A stretch of 63,676 bases of DNA, filler included, from Octopus bimaculoides (taxonomy: Eukaryota): NCBI RefSeq assembly GCF_001194135.2. It is 7 parts of 7 records of this genome, joined end to end, with 100 filler letters (N's around TTAATTAATTAA, not from the genome) between each part and the next. Parts side by side here need not be neighbours in the genome. Positions count along the whole stretch, not along the records: positions 18,584 to 33,254 come from NC_068999.1; positions 33,355 to 41,366 come from NC_068985.1; 5 more parts are not named here. One strand, written 5' to 3'. Position 1 is the first letter of the stretch. Each line of letters begins with the position of its first letter. Below the pieces are notes generated by a model that did not search any database, was not told the origin of the DNA, and saw only the letters and a list, made by a program, of their open reading frames with translations. Position numbers and translations under genes: made by a program. Below are positions 21,731 through 34,631 of the stretch, in pieces.

Positions 21731-23858
21731 GTAAACCTTTTTTCTGCTAATTTAATATTATAGCTTTTGCTGAAGTGGTGAGCTGGCAAATTCATTGGCA
21801 CACCAGGCAAAATGCTTAGTGGCGTTTCTTCCGCCTTTACATTCTGAGTTCAAATTCCACAGAGGTCGACTTTGCCTTTATTTTGTGGGGTTGATAACAT
21901 AAGTACCAGTTGAGCATTAGGGTCAATGTAGTCGACTTTCCTCCTCCCCTGAAATTGCTGGCCTTGTGCCAAAATTTGAAACCTGTATTATAGTGTTTGC
22001 TGTAATACATATTATTTATATTTTTTTTAATATATTTTGATGAGGTTTTCTTTTTTCTATGTTACCATTGTTTGAGCCACATATGAATTCAGACAAGTAT
22101 TTTATCTTGAGATAATTTTCTTAAACATAATTCTTTTAAATATTTTCTCTCAGTACACTAAAAAAAATTAAGATTTTTAATTTTATCAGAATGAACTCTT
22201 TTGACATAGTCTTTCATCTTTAGGCTTCATAGTACTGTTACTAAAAGCTTTCTTCCACACATCAGATACATAGACATTGTTGATACAAATAATGATATAA
22301 ATTCGAATTTTAAATATTCTTACAAATACTGCCAGCAATTTTTACTAGTGATAGTTGCTATTGTGGATGCAAAATTAAAAAAAAAAAATAAATAAAAAGA
22401 GTAAACTGAAAATTGCTTGACATTGAAACCACTCTACTATAAAGGGGCAATAAATTCACACTAGTATGGAGCATCTCTCTGTTACAATGTTTACATGAAA
22501 AGTGTGCACTTGTCCTTAATTGGCTCATCAATCAACCAGCATGTTTACTAGATGTGTGCCAACAATATGATAAGGCAATTTGAATTTCCATATTATATTT
22601 CAGATGAACCTTTTTATATTGAATCTTATCCACTGTGAAAAAACAGTTCACTAATAGTTCAGCACCCTTATCAGAATTGTTTCAGGTGTTTTATCAACCC
22701 CTTGGATAGTCACGTAGATTCCCCCACCCCCATTTACCACTTTGCTCCTTCCTGTTCTACACATGCACACAGTGTACTTGCTAGAATTAACAACCAAGTC
22801 TTTCTCAAATCACAACCTATCATTTCAAAATGAAAACAGCACATTGAATTGTGTAGTCCTATGTACACTGTGTCTGAAAAAAAAGTAGACAGGATGGTCA
22901 TTTGAATGCATTTGATTAGAAATTTGCCAAATCAAGACTCTATTGGGAGTCTAACCAACATCATCAATAGTCAACACTGTTTTCGGTTGGGTTCAATGTT
23001 TGTTTTTTGTTAGATCTATGGTTATTACAATCAAATATTCTTTCTGCTGTTAACTTTTCAAATGTGAAACTAGTTGGTTAACTTGACCCTGTTTTTTTTC
23101 TTTTTCTTTTTTTATATTTTTATAGAGGCTTAGTTGTTATTAGTCAGAAGAGAAAGGGCGGGGTCACCTAGATTATTTGGAGTAAGTGGAGAAGTTCTCC
23201 AACCAATATTGTCTGATTATTTGCAACTATACATTCTCTGCTAACAGTCTACACCTAAGAACAGATATAGTCCTGCAGGCTTCTTTACAATTTCACTCAA
23301 AGATTTGGTTGACACAAGTATATGGTAAATGGTGCCATGCTGTAGGATTGAACCCAGAACTGAATGACTGTGAAATTTCTTAACCACTTAACTGTAGCTC
23401 TAAAGCATGTAATCAGCAGTTCAACAGCGAATCAACCCAGTACTTAATGTCTTTTTTTTTTTTTTTGAGCCTGGTACTTATTCTATCGACTTCTTTTCCC
23501 AAACTGCTAAATTACAGGGGTGTAAACAAACCAACACTGGTTGTCAAGCAATTGTGGGACACAAACACAAACACAAGCCACCCCCATACACACACACACA
23601 CACTAACACCAGGCTTCTTTCAGTTTCTGCCTATCAAATCCACACACAAGGCTTTGGATGACCCAGGGCTTTACTAGAAGACACTTGCCTAAGATGTTAC
23701 ACAGTGGGATTGAACCCAGAGCCATGTGGTTGGAAAGCAAACTTCTTACCATGCAGTCACACTTGTGCCTTTTTTTTTTTTTTTTGTGAGAAGTTTTTGT
23801 AACTGATTTTATATCATATTCCTTCAGTGCATATTTTTTTCTTCTTTCATTATTATAG

Positions 23859-23928
23859 CTGTATAATTTACAAGCTGCCAACCTTTATAGTCAACAGCCA
23901 TTGATGCCATATGTACCAAATGATAGTG
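23859..23928 (+). CDS. UBE3C: UBE3C small exon (phase 0->1)
   Basis: Pyrimidine tract plus TATAG acceptor, GTAAGT donor; LYNLQAANLYSQQPLMPYVPNDS(G). It is the only candidate I found that restores frame between the flanking exons; sequence similarity is weak. Confidence 0.75.
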
Positions 23929-24766
23929 GTAAGTTAAACATTTTAACTGAACTTTGAGTTTCATAAATACACTTGCAAAGAAGTTACACATCTTTTAAAA
24001 TTAGCTGAATTTTTTTTCCTTATTGCTAGGAAGACAGTTTATGTATACTCTATGTACAGTTATGTGTTCACTTGTAATAAATATTATTGTTACCTATCTT
24101 GATTAAGGCTGGAAGATAACAGAATCATTATCACACCAGAACATAATGTTAAGCAACATTTTTTCTGTCTCTTTATGTTCTGAGTTCACATACCATTGAG
24201 GTTGGTTTTACGTTTCATCCTTACGAGGTCGATAAAACAAGTAAGTATTGGTTGAGCTCAGGGGTTGATGTAATCAACTAGCCCCCTCACCCCCAAATTT
24301 TGGCTCTTGTGTCAATAGTAGAAAGAATTATCTATATTAACTTGCTATTGTACAGTCAATAGTTTCCTGATTGATAATCATAGTAATAATCCTTTCTATT
24401 ACAAGCACAAGGCCTGAAATTTTGAGGGAGAGGGATAGTTGATTGCATCAAGTCCAGTGTTCAACTGGTATTTATTTTATCAATAAAATACACCATTTTG
24501 AGCGTGGCCGTTGCCAGTACCGCCTGACTGGCCTTCGTAGGATTTTCGAGCGAGATCGTTGCCAGTGCCCCTGGACTGGCTCTTGTGCAGGTGGCACATA
24601 AAATACACCATCTTGAGCATGGCTGTTGCCAGTACCGCCTGACTGGCCTTCGTGCGGGTGACACGTAAAAGCACCCACTACACTTTCTGAGTGGTTGGCG
24701 TTAGGAAGGGCATCCAGCCGTAGAAACTACTACTACTACTACTACTATTATTATTATTATTATTAT

Positions 24767-24799
<33 letters not shown>

Positions 24800-25050
24800 C
24801 ACTACTACTACTGCAAGCTGGCAGAATTGTTTGCATAATGGTCAAAATGCTTAATGGCATTTTGTCAGTTTTTACATTCTGGGTTCAGATTTTGTCAAGA
24901 TCTACCTTTCATCCTTTCAGAGTCGATAAATTAAGTTCCAGTTGCGTTGGGGGTCAGTGTAATCAACTTGTCCCTTCCCCGCAAAATTTCAGGTTTTGTG
25001 CCTATAATAGAAAGGATTATTATTACTATCAATTATTTATTTTTGTGCAG

Positions 25051-25148
25051 GTCCAGATTCAGGACCACCACTATCAGGAAGGGACATCTGGAACCTTATC
25101 ATCCTTACTGAACTGCCATTTGTAGTGCGTTTTACAGAAAGAATTAAG
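25051..25148 (+). CDS. UBE3C: UBE3C exon (phase 1->0)
   Basis: TGCAG/GTATGT boundaries; PDSGPPLSGRDIWNLIILTELPFVVRFTERIK matches PPLS...LTELPFVVPFEERVK. Confidence 0.93.
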
Positions 25149-27016
25149 GTATGTTAATTTACAAGTTTAATATCTTATTTAAATTTTAAAATTTATTCTT
25201 AATGCATGGCTGTGTGGTAAGAAGCTTGCTTCCCAACCACATGGTTCTGGGTTCAGTCCCACTGTGTGGGATTTTGGTCAAGTGTCTTCTACTATAGCCT
25301 CAGGCTGACCAAAACCTTGTGAGTGGATTTGGTAGACGGAAACTGAAAGAAGCTTGTCTTATGTGTATGTGTGTGTCTTTGTATCTGTTTTTGTCGCCTC
25401 ACCACCACCACCACATGACAACCAGTGTAGGTATGTTACATCCCTATTACTTAGCAGTTTGGCAAGAGAGAACCAATAGAATAAGTACCAGGCTTTAAAA
25501 AATAAGTACTGGAATCAATTCATTTGACTAAAAATTCTTCAAGGTGGTGCCCCAGCATGGCTACAGTCTAATGCCTGAAGCAAGTCAAAAGATAAAGATA
25601 CAATGGCAAAGAATAATTTTATTAGGAATACACATATGATTAAATGATACTGTAGCATCTCCCATTATTCTGGCAAAACTTTTGATATGCAAGGTGAAGT
25701 TATGAAAGATTGGGAATAGAAAAGAGTCTGAATCCCAAAGTTCTTTCATGATTTGCTGAGATCAGTAGATAAGCTCTGTTCGGGATTAGGTTACTCATAT
25801 TTAGAATGTTTGTGATTTGAGAGTGAACTGATGTTGATTCATACACGAAGATATTTTGCTAGTGGTACATGTGTTACAATTACACATGCTTTGTTTGCCT
25901 TTAAGCCAAGCAGTTGGTAAACTACAGCCCATAGCTTCATTTCATCTGGCCCATTGACTTTATTGAATATGTGATATTGCATACAGAAATTCTATATTTT
26001 CCTTATCTTTGGTTAGTGAACAATAAAATTGAGTATTGGAAAATATATCAAATGTTTCATTTTTGTAATGACCTCAGATGAATCAACATTTTATAGAAAT
26101 AGAGAAAAGGAGAAAAAAAATGTAAGTTTTTTTCAGTAGTAATATTTTAAGCAATAAATGTTTTCATCTACCTTAATGAATGGAGCCGCAGATACTAACA
26201 GCATCTCATGTGAACTGTTGCAATATAGTTTATATGAAACATTGAGTCTGAGAAAGGAGGGAGTGACAAAAAAAAAATGTTTGATTGTCCATTGAGTAAA
26301 GCAAGAAAACGAGCAGGTACCACATTTACTCTGAATCCACAATCGCTACCATTTGGCCTAACTAAAATCCTATTAATTCTTCACTGCTTGCCACTTAGGA
26401 TTTTTATGTCATTAAATGTGTAATGATTCCTTCATTATCACAGGAGATATTTTTAAAAAAAGGCGCTTGTATAATCTTATATGACCATGGTTTCATTTTT
26501 TTTTTTTTATTTGCTTTGTGAGAAAAAGAAATATCCATGACCTTTGTTGTCCCTCCCAGGCTGGTGAAATCAATGTGGTAAATGTTCAGTTTGATTTTTT
26601 TGTAGGTTGACAGATGTAGAGAAAACATAGACAAGGAAAATATTTTTAAAATCTTGACTTCTAGCAAGGTGGATTGCTTGAGAAGTGTTTTGTGCAGAGT
26701 GTGTTGTGTATGACAGAGCAGGGATGTCAAAAGTAGAAGAGACAGCTGCATTCAGTGGATGTGATTTAAGTGGGAAATGTGTGTAGACAACTGTTCCCTG
26801 TTTTGAGGGTGCACAGTCGCTGACAAAATTTCTTCCTCTTGATTCCTTTTCAGCTTTTAGTAGTTTTCAGTCAACTCTCGCCTTCGTCAATTAATTAAGC
26901 CAAACAAACAAGAACACCTGTTCACTCATTCTCTTCATCCAATTTGATACTGAACTTTTGAAGAATTCTTTCCTAGAAGTTAAAAGCTACATTTTGTGTA
27001 CCATTATCTTTTTTAG

Positions 27017-27158
27017 ATCCTCCATCAACATGTTAACCAAGATCGAGAAGAACATCAGTCTGAAATGACCAACTTTCAATTAGGATTATCAATTAATATC
27101 AAGATTAGAAGAAACTATATTTATGAAGATGCTTTTGAAAAATTATCAGAAGAGAATG
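27017..27158 (+). CDS. UBE3C: UBE3C exon (phase 0->1), start of the HECT domain
   Basis: TTTTAG/GTAGTT boundaries; ...INIKIRRNYIYEDAFEKLSEEN matches IRRNYIYEDAYDKLSPEN. Confidence 0.95.
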
Positions 27159-27725
27159 GTAGTTATTGATTCTTTTAATATATACATATATATTACTTGT
27201 TCTTTGTTTTAAGAGTCAGTAGCGTTCAGACTAACTGGTCAAAAGGCCAACAGTTTGTACTTAGTCATTAATACTGCATTGTGTTCCTCATAAAAACAGT
27301 AACTCTTGTTGACTTGGTAGACCTAGCTATAAAATAGGTGCTTTTGGAAGGCCACCGCTCACTGATGTACATAGCAAGATCACTGTAAAGCAAAACTGAT
27401 TTGTTGGTGATTTGTTGTTGACATTTCAGTTCTCTTGTTAATTGATAGACAGTTCTCTTGTTAATTGATAGACAAGTTTGTTTCAGTAAGAAAGCACCTA
27501 AATATATGGAATAAACTAAAGCACAAGGAACATTCTAGTATTATGAATAAAGATTTAAAAAAAGAGAAGTATTATAACAGACTCTGTGTTGTAAAGTATT
27601 GTATAATAGTCATTAACCTCAAGGTTGTATTGATTTCTTCATTGAACCTCTTTGATGAAAATTTCTCATATTTTTACAACTTATGTAATGTAATTGCTGT
27701 ATACTGGAATTTCTCAATAAATCAG

Positions 27726-27970
27726 AACCAAACCTGAAGCTGCGGTTACGAGTAAGATTGGTGAACTCTGCTGGTATTGATGAAGCAGGAATTGATGGTG
27801 GAGGTTTGTCCCGGGAGTTTTTGTCAGAATTACTGAAAACAGGCTTTGATCCTAATCGTGGATTCTTCAAATACACCAATGACAAACTACTCTACCCAAA
27901 TCCACAAGCGCCAGCCCTTTTTGAAAATTATACAGACCATTATTATTTCCTTGGGAGAATGTTGGGAAAG
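27726..27970 (+). CDS. UBE3C: UBE3C exon (phase 1->0), HECT N-lobe
   Basis: ATCAG/GTAAAG boundaries; PNLKLRLRVRLVNSAGIDEAGIDGGGLSREFLSELLKTGFDPNRGFF...HYYFLGRMLGK. Confidence 0.97.
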
Positions 27971-28302
27971 GTAAAGTACTTTTCATGTTTCACTGGCTTA
28001 TAAAATAGTACTAAAAATTTAAATGTCTGAGGTGCATTTTGCTGTTGAAATAATGTAATTTTTAAGACTATTAAAACTTATATATAATTTTTTTTATATT
28101 TCCATTGTTTCAGTTAGTTCCCTCTCTAATCATTGTCAAGTATCTTATTCCTCCTGAGTGTATATAGTACTAGGCTGAATTTGAGTTAAGAGTTTTTATT
28201 TCCAAACTAAAAGTAATGTTCTTATCCACTCAAATTATATCCATTCTAGCATAAAATCTCTGACTCAGAGATCAAACTGATAGTCATCAACATAATAGAC
28301 TT

Positions 28303-28382
28303 CTCTACCTAAATTACCTGCCCTTCTAAAAATTATATAGACCATTATTATTTCCTTGCAAGAATGTCATGGGAAATAAGTG
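28303..28382 (+). pseudogene. Decayed partial duplicate of the 3' end of the preceding UBE3C exon
   Basis: CTCTACCTAAAT...GCCCTTCTAAAAATTATATAGACCATTATTATTTCCTTGCAAGAATG aligns to 27888-27970; contains indels and the donor GT is lost. Confidence 0.8.
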
Positions 28383-29068
28383 TAATTTTTGTTTATTTTA
28401 TCTATCAAAAACCATACTAGAGCATTGGCTTAAAGGGGAATTGTGAACATAAGGGGTTTTTTTTTCGTTTCTTTTCCTACAAAATCATATTAAAGTAAAG
28501 ATATTAAATCAAGTACATAGTGACAGTAAAAGATTTTCGATTCTATGAGAAACAATGTTTAACAAATACAGATGAATTGGTGCCTGTTGAGATATTCATT
28601 ATGTAATTCTTGGCACTTTTCATATTTTGGCAAAAAGAAATCCTGGTTTAAGAGAAATTTTTGGAGTGAATTTAAAGAACTTTTATTAATGTGAATAAGG
28701 CACAAGGGAATCCAAAGTTTCTGCCTTCAGTGATATAGTTGTATAATAATAATTTTTTTTTTAATGAAAGAAATGTAAACTAAAAGCAAACAAAAGGCTT
28801 GATAGTATTGTGGCAAAAGTAAAACTTAAATTTTAAAATGATGTGAAATGAACTAGGTTTTGTTGGAAAGAACACTTACAGAGTCAAGATACATAGCTGT
28901 CTACAGTATTTAATGAAATGACCTGGAGTTGAAGGAGTTGTATTTGGTCTACAGACCAAATAAAAGTTAGTGTTTTTATTGTAAATGATAATATTTCATC
29001 AACCTCTTACAAAAGCCAAATCACTTTTCATTATTAATGGCATTGACACATTTTGTTCACTCTTCTAG

Positions 29069-29193
29069 GCCCTCTATGAAAACCTCTTGGTGGAGTTACC
29101 TTTTGCTCAGTTTTTCCTCTCGAAAATTCTGAATCGCCATGGAATTGATCTTGACATTCATCACTTGGCTTCACTTGACCCAGAAATGTACAG
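29069..29193 (+). CDS. UBE3C: UBE3C exon (phase 0->2), last seen
   Basis: TTCTAG/GTAAGT boundaries; ALYENLLVELPFAQFFLSKILNRHGIDLDIHHLASLDPEMY matches ALYENMLVELPFAGFFLSKLL...DIHHLASLDPEVY. Confidence 0.96.
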
Positions 29194-30296
29194 GTAAGTC
29201 TGTTAATCATGTTAGCAAGGCACATCTCTATGGCTGTGTGTTTAAGAAGTTTGCTTCCCAACCACATAGCTTCAGGTTCAGTACCATTGTGTGGCATCTT
29301 GGCTTAGTGTCTTCTCCTATAGCTCCAGGCCAACCAAAGCCCTGTGAGTGAATGTGATAGATGGAAACTAAAAGAAGCCCATTATGTATATGTATGTGTG
29401 TTTATTTGTCTCCTTGTATTTACATTGTATGGTTATTGTATCTTTCCTTAATACCAGTTCTCATATTCTACTTGTATCTGCATTAGGTCTGCTTAGGAGA
29501 TTATTGTGTTCTAGCATATGTGCTGCCTCTTAACTATAGGTGCAGGAGTGGCTGTGTGGTAAGAAATTTGCTTCCCAACCACATGATTCTGGGTTCAGTC
29601 CCACTGCGTGGTACCTTGGGCTGGTGTCATCTACTATAGTCTCAGGTTGACCAAAGCCTTGGATTTGGTAGATGAAAACTGAAAGAAGCCTGTCGTGTAT
29701 ATATCATCATCATCATCGTTTAATGTCCGCTTTCCATGCTAGCATGGGTTGGACGATTTGACTGAGGCCTGGTGAAACCAGATGGCAACACCAGGCTCCA
29801 GTCTGATTTGGCAGAGTTTCTACAGCTGGATGCTCTTCCTAACGCCAACCACTCAGAGTGTAGTGGGTGCTTTTACGTGTCACCCGCACGAAGGCCAGTC
29901 AGGCGGTACTGGCAACGGCCATGCTCAAAATGGTGTATTTTATGTGCCACCCGCACAAGAGCCAGTCCAGGGGCACTGGCAACGATCTCGCTCGAAAATC
30001 CTTACACATGTCACGGGCACAAGTGCCAGAAAAGCGACGCTGGGCACAGGTGCTATCCCGATTTCGCTTTCGCTTGCCCCAATAAGTCTTCGCAAGCTGA
30101 GTTTCGTGTCCAATGAAGGAGACGACGTTGGCACGGGTGCCATTCATCGAATTTAGTTTGATTTCATTTGCCTCAACAAGTCTTCGCAAGCGGAGTTTAG
30201 TGTCCAATGTAGAAAAGGTGCGCATAAGTGGGCTGGCTACACCCCTGGCAGAGACCTTGGATTTAGGTCTCACTTGGCTTGCCGGGTCTTCTCATG

Positions 30297-30332
<36 letters not shown>

Positions 30333-30765
30333 TGTGTTTGTTCCTCACCACCACCATCGCTTGACAACTGATGCTGGTGTGTTTACGTCTCTGTAACTTA
30401 GCGATTCAGCAAAAGAGACCAATAGAATAAGTACTAAGTTTACAAGGAATAAGTCCTTGGGTTGATTTGTTCAACTAAAGGCTGTGCTCCAGCATGGCTG
30501 CAATCAAATGACTGAAATAAAAGAATAAAATACTTAATACACATATTCATTAGTATTCTATTGAAACTGCAAGATCAGTATGTAATTGCATATTCCTTAT
30601 TATGCAATATTTTATAATTACTTTACATTATATACAATTAATGTACACAATACAATATAGAGAATGTGTGCAATGTTTTTTCACATCATTAGTTTTAATT
30701 CCTTTGCAAATTAAAAAAAGTAACATCCAAGCTGTAGTTACAATAATATATTATGCTTAAAACTT

Positions 30766-31708
30766 GGCATAACTACAGAGTTGTACCCCACCAACTTTAG
30801 AAGGTCATAACTTTCAGAAAAATGAATATTTTTTAATGAAATTTTCTATGCATATATTACTTATTATGTAGATTCCGAATATACAAAAATTTTCGGTGTT
30901 TTAGAATGGGGGTGGGGGACAATTTTCGGAAATTCCAACAGAGTCCACTTAAACTCCTCTTAACTTCCAGGAAAATGAATATTTTTTCCTGAAATTTTCT
31001 ACAAATATACCTTGATGTATGTACATTTCGACGATGTAGGAATTTTGAAGGAAACAACTGCAGGTTATTTTTGAGAAGCGTTCCCCCACTCGGTGGTGTT
31101 TCGGAGCAAGTCGTCCATAATTGTTTCATTTTTCTCTATTATGTACGTATATGCATCCGTAGANNNNNNNNNNNNNNNNNNNNNNNNNNNNNNNNNNNNN
31201 NNNNNNNNNNNNNNNNNNNNNNNNNNNNNNNNNNNNNNNNNNNNNNNNNNNNNNNNNNNNNNNNNNNNNNNNNNNNNNNNNNNNNNNNNNNNNNNNNNNN
31301 NNNNNNNNNNNNNNNNNNNNNNNNNNNNNNNNNNNNNNNNNNNNNNNNNNNNNNNNNNNNNATGGACGACTTGCTCCGAAACAGCACCGAGTGGGGAACA
31401 CTTCTCAAAAATAACCTGCAGTTGTTTCCTCCAAAATTCCTACATGCTCGAAATGTACATACATCAAGGTATATTTGTAGAAAATTTCATGAAAAAATAT
31501 TCATTTTCCTGGAAGTTAAGTGGACTCTGTTGGAATTTCCGAAAATTGTCCCCCACCCCCATTCCAAAACACTTTCATCGAAAATGTTTGTATATTCGGA
31601 ATCTACATAATAAATAATATATGCATAGAAAATTTCATTAAAAAATATTCATTTTTCTGAAAGTTATGACCTTCCAAAGTCGGGGGGGTACAACTCTGTA
31701 GTTATGCC
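30766..31708. mobile_element. Long-TIR (foldback-like) non-autonomous DNA transposon with 8-bp TSD
   Basis: Inverted arms of about 330-350 bp (30766-31118 and 31382-31708) starting GGCATAACTACAGAGTTGTACCCC; TAAAACTT duplicated at 30758-30765 and 31709-31716; centre is an N gap. Confidence 0.9.
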
Positions 31709-32996
31709 TAAAACTTCCTTCTGTTAAACACTTTATATTTCTTTCTCTCTACCTCTTACTTCAAACTTTTTAACCATGTTATTCCCCTCTTCACATTGTT
31801 AACATTTTTCTCTTTCTCCTACTCTTCTCCTCTCACTTCCACTAACAGCATGAGAATGTGGTTAGTGGAAGTGGCCATCTGTTATCTCTCTCCCTCCCTC
31901 TTTCTCTCTCATTCTGTCACTCACTCCACCTCCTCCTCTCTTTAGCAAACTAAAGTGTAAAATGTGAAGTAACAAATGAACAAGCAGAATTATAGTAAAA
32001 CCCTAGGAAAAAAAATTTAACCACACGAACGAAGGGAGATTACTAGTTCTTAAATTATACGCCAGAAAAATCTAACGAATTATAAACTACATCACATTAA
32101 AAAAAATTTTTTTTCACATAAAAATATAAATTCCTCTCACAAGTAAGTGCACTATAATTTTTTTTATATACCTAATACTTTTTCTTTGAACAATGAAAAG
32201 TATATCTTAGTCCATTGAAATGCTAAATAACAACAGTTATAACTTTTCTCTGAATTACATTCTAAAATAATATCATAGTATAAAATATAAAATAACTTTT
32301 CCCTTTTTCTCTTTTATTTCTTAATCTTTTTTGTATCTTATACCCCACATAAAAAATCTGTTTCTTCTCCCACTTTTCTCCCATTTTGTCACTTTTCGTT
32401 AGTTTTTACCCCCTCATAAAATCTATTTTTTCTCTATACCCTTATTTTTTTACACATAAACATTTAAATTCATCCCTGAAGTATGTAAACAATAACATTT
32501 CTTTGAATAATGGAATATCCATATTATAATTAAATGACTACTTTATGTCCCTTAACACTTACATGCCTATTTTTCAAATACATTATAGTATTTTAGCAAA
32601 ATTTCTTTAGATAATACCTCCCTACATGAACTCGGCATCCTAATAGATTATTGTTTATGTTTGAATATTTGAAAACACAGTCCTCATCTTAGTTATTTCG
32701 TTGTTCACCACCAGAAAGTAAGCATCACTCCATGATATTATCTGGACATAATGTGGGGTTATTTTACATCTAACATCACTTAAATGCTGATGATTGAAAC
32801 CTAATGGCCAGATTGAAAAACATGTAGGATTCTTTTGTTGATTTGGTTCCTTTACATCCTAAATCTTCGTGATACAAATAAAATTAACCAAGTATCCACT
32901 ATATTTCTTCTCCGGCAAGTGTCTTCTACTATAGCCTCGGGCCGACCAAAGCCTTGTGAGTGGATTTGGTAGACGGAAACTGAAAGAAGCCCGTCG

Positions 32997-33027
<31 letters not shown>

Positions 33028-33683
33028 GTGTTTGTGTGTCTGTGTTTGTCCACCAACATCGCTTGACAACCGATGCTGGTGTGTTTATGTCCCCGTAACT
33101 TTGCGGTTCGGCATATGAGACCGATAGAATAAGTACTAGGCTTCTAAAGAATAAGTCCTGGGGTCGATTTGCTCGACTAAAGGCGGTGCTCCAGCATGGC
33201 CGCAGTTAAAAGACTGAAACAAGTAAAAGAGTAAAAGAGATATATATATACACANNNNNNNNNNNNNNNNNNNNNNNNNNNNNNNNNNNNNNNNNNNNTT
33301 AATTAATTAANNNNNNNNNNNNNNNNNNNNNNNNNNNNNNNNNNNNNNNNNNNNATATCAGATGTCCACTTAGTGGTTATCCCTTCTTATACGCATGTAA
33401 TACAATTTTTCTGAATTTTCAGATTTTTTTATATGCTAGGCCACTGGTTTTAAATTGATGCTAATTAAATTAATATTCAATTTATCACCCTCAGTATATA
33501 AATATCTGTAAAACATATATATGTATATGATTGTAAGTGTGTATGCATGNNNNNNNNNNGTATGTATGTATGTATGTATGTATGTATGTATGTATGCATT
33601 TATCTCTGTGTGTATGTGTTGCATTTTTCATTTATGGAATAACTGAATGTCACGCATTCCGACTTTTGTTAACAGTAAGTTTG

Positions 33684-33726
<43 letters not shown>

Positions 33727-33909
33727 ATTAGTTTATGTTTTTGCGATGGGTGTGGATCTGTAAATGTTTATGTGTATCTGAATACATATGTATGTATACA
33801 AATTGTATTTTTGTCCTTGAGAGTATATATTTTAAGAACCACAAACTGGAATATGCTGTCATGAATGTATGAATATGGAGATAGCAATTTGCCAAAGGCA
33901 AATGCATGC

Positions 33910-33946
<37 letters not shown>

Positions 33947-34468
33947 GAATGTAGCAAGGATGGCACGTGTGAACGACGGAGCCATCTTGAGCATAACCCT
34001 ATGAACAAGAAAAAAAAATAAAACAAAAAGGCAAAAGAGAGTCACTTACTGTTATAGTTTCTTCAATGAGAATATTGACCAAGGTTACCGTGGTCTTTTC
34101 CGTGGGCTTTTCCTTCCACGGCTAAACCTAAACTGTCCTCCCCTCTTTTTACACGAGAACATTACTGTGTGATACACGATCCCTATTGATCGGCCTTTCC
34201 TTTTCTTTTTTTTTCGATCCCTTTTGATCGAACTGCCCCTTTTTCCCTTCCTACGATCCCTTTTGATCGACACCACCAATTTTTTTTTTTTTTTTTTTTT
34301 TTTNNNNNNNNNNNNNNNNNNNNNNNNNNNNNNNNNNNNNNNNNNNNNNNNNNNNNNNNNNNNNNNNNNNNNNNNNNNNNNNNNNNNNNNNNNNNNNNNN
34401 NNNNNNNNNNNNTCTACATTGTATTTGTCCCATCTTCGTTGAGCCCTGTGTGGCTAATAAAAGAAATG

Positions 34469-34546
<78 letters not shown>

Positions 34547-34568
34547 CCTACCTACCTACCTACCTACA

Positions 34569-34623
<55 letters not shown>

Positions 34624-34631
34624 AAAATATA

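Noticed and set aside
23126-23181. Alternative candidate for the missing UBE3C exon (ends GGA|GTAAGT)
   Set aside because: Available acceptors give a stop or the wrong exit phase; 23859-23928 fits both phases.
24485-24680. Regularly spaced 29-bp direct repeats resembling a CRISPR array
   Set aside because: These are internal sub-repeats of the RTE-like family also seen at 29870-30060, in a eukaryotic intron with no unique spacers.
29194-33254. Search for the remaining UBE3C HECT exons (NLLFLK... to the catalytic Cys) and for 5' exons before 19264
   Set aside because: No matching exon found on either side within this piece; they are presumably on other scaffolds.
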